DNA of 33,016 nucleotides from contig CAZSYZ010000004.1 in the NCBI GenBank assembly GCA_964611445.1, positions 1 to 33,016 on the forward strand, given 5' to 3'. Under the pieces are notes generated by a model. That model was given only the letters and a program-made list of their open reading frames with translations. It had not been told where the DNA came from and ran no database searches. Position numbers and translations under genes: made by a program. This DNA is from an uncultured archaeon (lineage in GTDB: Archaea > Aenigmatarchaeota > Aenigmatarchaeia > QMZP01 > JAFGSV01). Positions 32,568 through 33,016 of the stretch are shown one piece after another. Each line of letters begins with the position of its first letter. The first letter of the stretch is position 1.

Positions 32568-33016
32568 GTGGTAAGAAACGACTACGACCCCATAACGCAC
32601 TACATGTACGAATGGTCGAAGCCAGTGATTTCGCTTGCGGCCAAAAAGGGGTTCGATGTGGACAATGTCGGTCCCGTGGTAACGAAAAAGGAAATACTTT
32701 CCAGGATTGAAAAATTAAGCCCGGATTTCTTGTTCCTGAACGGGCATGGAAGTTCTGACTGCTTCTGCGGCTACGAAAACGAGCCTGTCATATGCATGCC
32801 GGATTGCGGAATATTCAGGGGCAAGATGGTATTTTCCAGATCATGCGACTGTGCCAAGGGTCTCGGCAGGAAGGCCGTGGATAAGCACGGCTGCACTGCC
32901 TTCATAGGTTATGAATATGAATTTATCAACGTCCGTCTGACGACCAGCGAACTGACACCCATGAACGACTATGTATCCAGGCCTATCTGGGAAACCTCGA
33001 ATGCGGTGCCGACGAG
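32568..33016 (+). CDS. Caspase-fold (clan CD-like) protein, 5' part only; start uncertain (GTG 32568 or ATG further in)
   Basis: Open to the window edge, so absent from the track. LLVVRNDYDP..SPDFLFLNGHGSSDCFCGYE..GKMVFSRSCDCAKG. That is a beta-strand followed by a His-Gly dyad, then a beta-strand followed by Cys, as in caspase/gingipain/legumain-type folds. Confidence 0.55.
   Translation, partial: MVRNDYDPITHYMYEWSKPVISLAAKKGFDVDNVGPVVTKKEILSRIEKLSPDFLFLNGHGSSDCFCGYENEPVICMPDCGIFRGKMVFSRSCDCAKGLGRKAVDKHGCTAFIGYEYEFINVRLTTSELTPMNDYVSRPIWETSNAVPT
32708..32797 (+). repeat. Right-hand copy of the ~90 nt repeat (inside the live caspase-like gene)
   Basis: Matches 25930-26018 with about five substitutions and one indel by manual alignment. 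Confidence 0.85.

Noticed and set aside
1-33016. Search for integrase, transposase, Cas, reverse transcriptase or rRNA genes to explain the repeats
   Set aside because: No ORF in any frame showed tyrosine/serine recombinase, DDE, Cas1 or RT signatures that I could recognise, and no rRNA-like sequence was seen. This absence is by eye only and should be confirmed with profile searches.

Overview
Archaeal chromosomal segment. Evidence: TBP, RFC small subunit, archaeal-type NMN adenylyltransferase and a tRNA with bulge-helix-bulge introns. TAG, TAA and TGA are all used as stops. The composition is mosaic. The GC-rich housekeeping backbone consists of rfcS, a minus-strand block asnS / M20 peptidase / GNAT / CYTH / thyA-like / phospholipase D / nadM, then tbp, pyrG, an ERCC4-type nuclease, a tRNA-binding protein and an M50 protease. 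It is interrupted by visibly AT-richer accessory patches dominated by toxin-antitoxin and defence-type genes. These include three minimal-nucleotidyltransferase (MNT)/HEPN-type modules, AbiEi/AbiEii, HicAB and a decayed RelE. They also include three AAA+ ATPases (one Arch_ATPase/Orc-like, two DUF4143-type) and an orphan N6/N4-type methyltransferase with permuted motif order. Main observations: (1) Two ~1.1 kb nucleotidyltransferase cassettes each sit exactly at the 3' end of a host gene (methyltransferase; asnS). Each is bracketed by a second, decaying copy of that gene's tail, with identical cores of 29 and 31 nt. No recombinase lies inside either cassette or anywhere in the window. (2) A ~6.7 kb island is bracketed by ~90 nt repeats derived from the His-box region of a caspase-like gene. 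The island carries two DUF4143 ATPases, AbiE, a PQQ-like propeller, two small paralogous ORFs and the 5' part of that caspase-like gene. (3) A tRNA-Arg(UCG) has two BHB introns (42 nt at 37/38, 119 nt at 59/60), and its 3' end lies 5 nt from the isf start codon. No rRNA, CRISPR array, transposase or integrase was recognised. Many long ORFs in the supplied track are antisense shadows of GC-rich genes.
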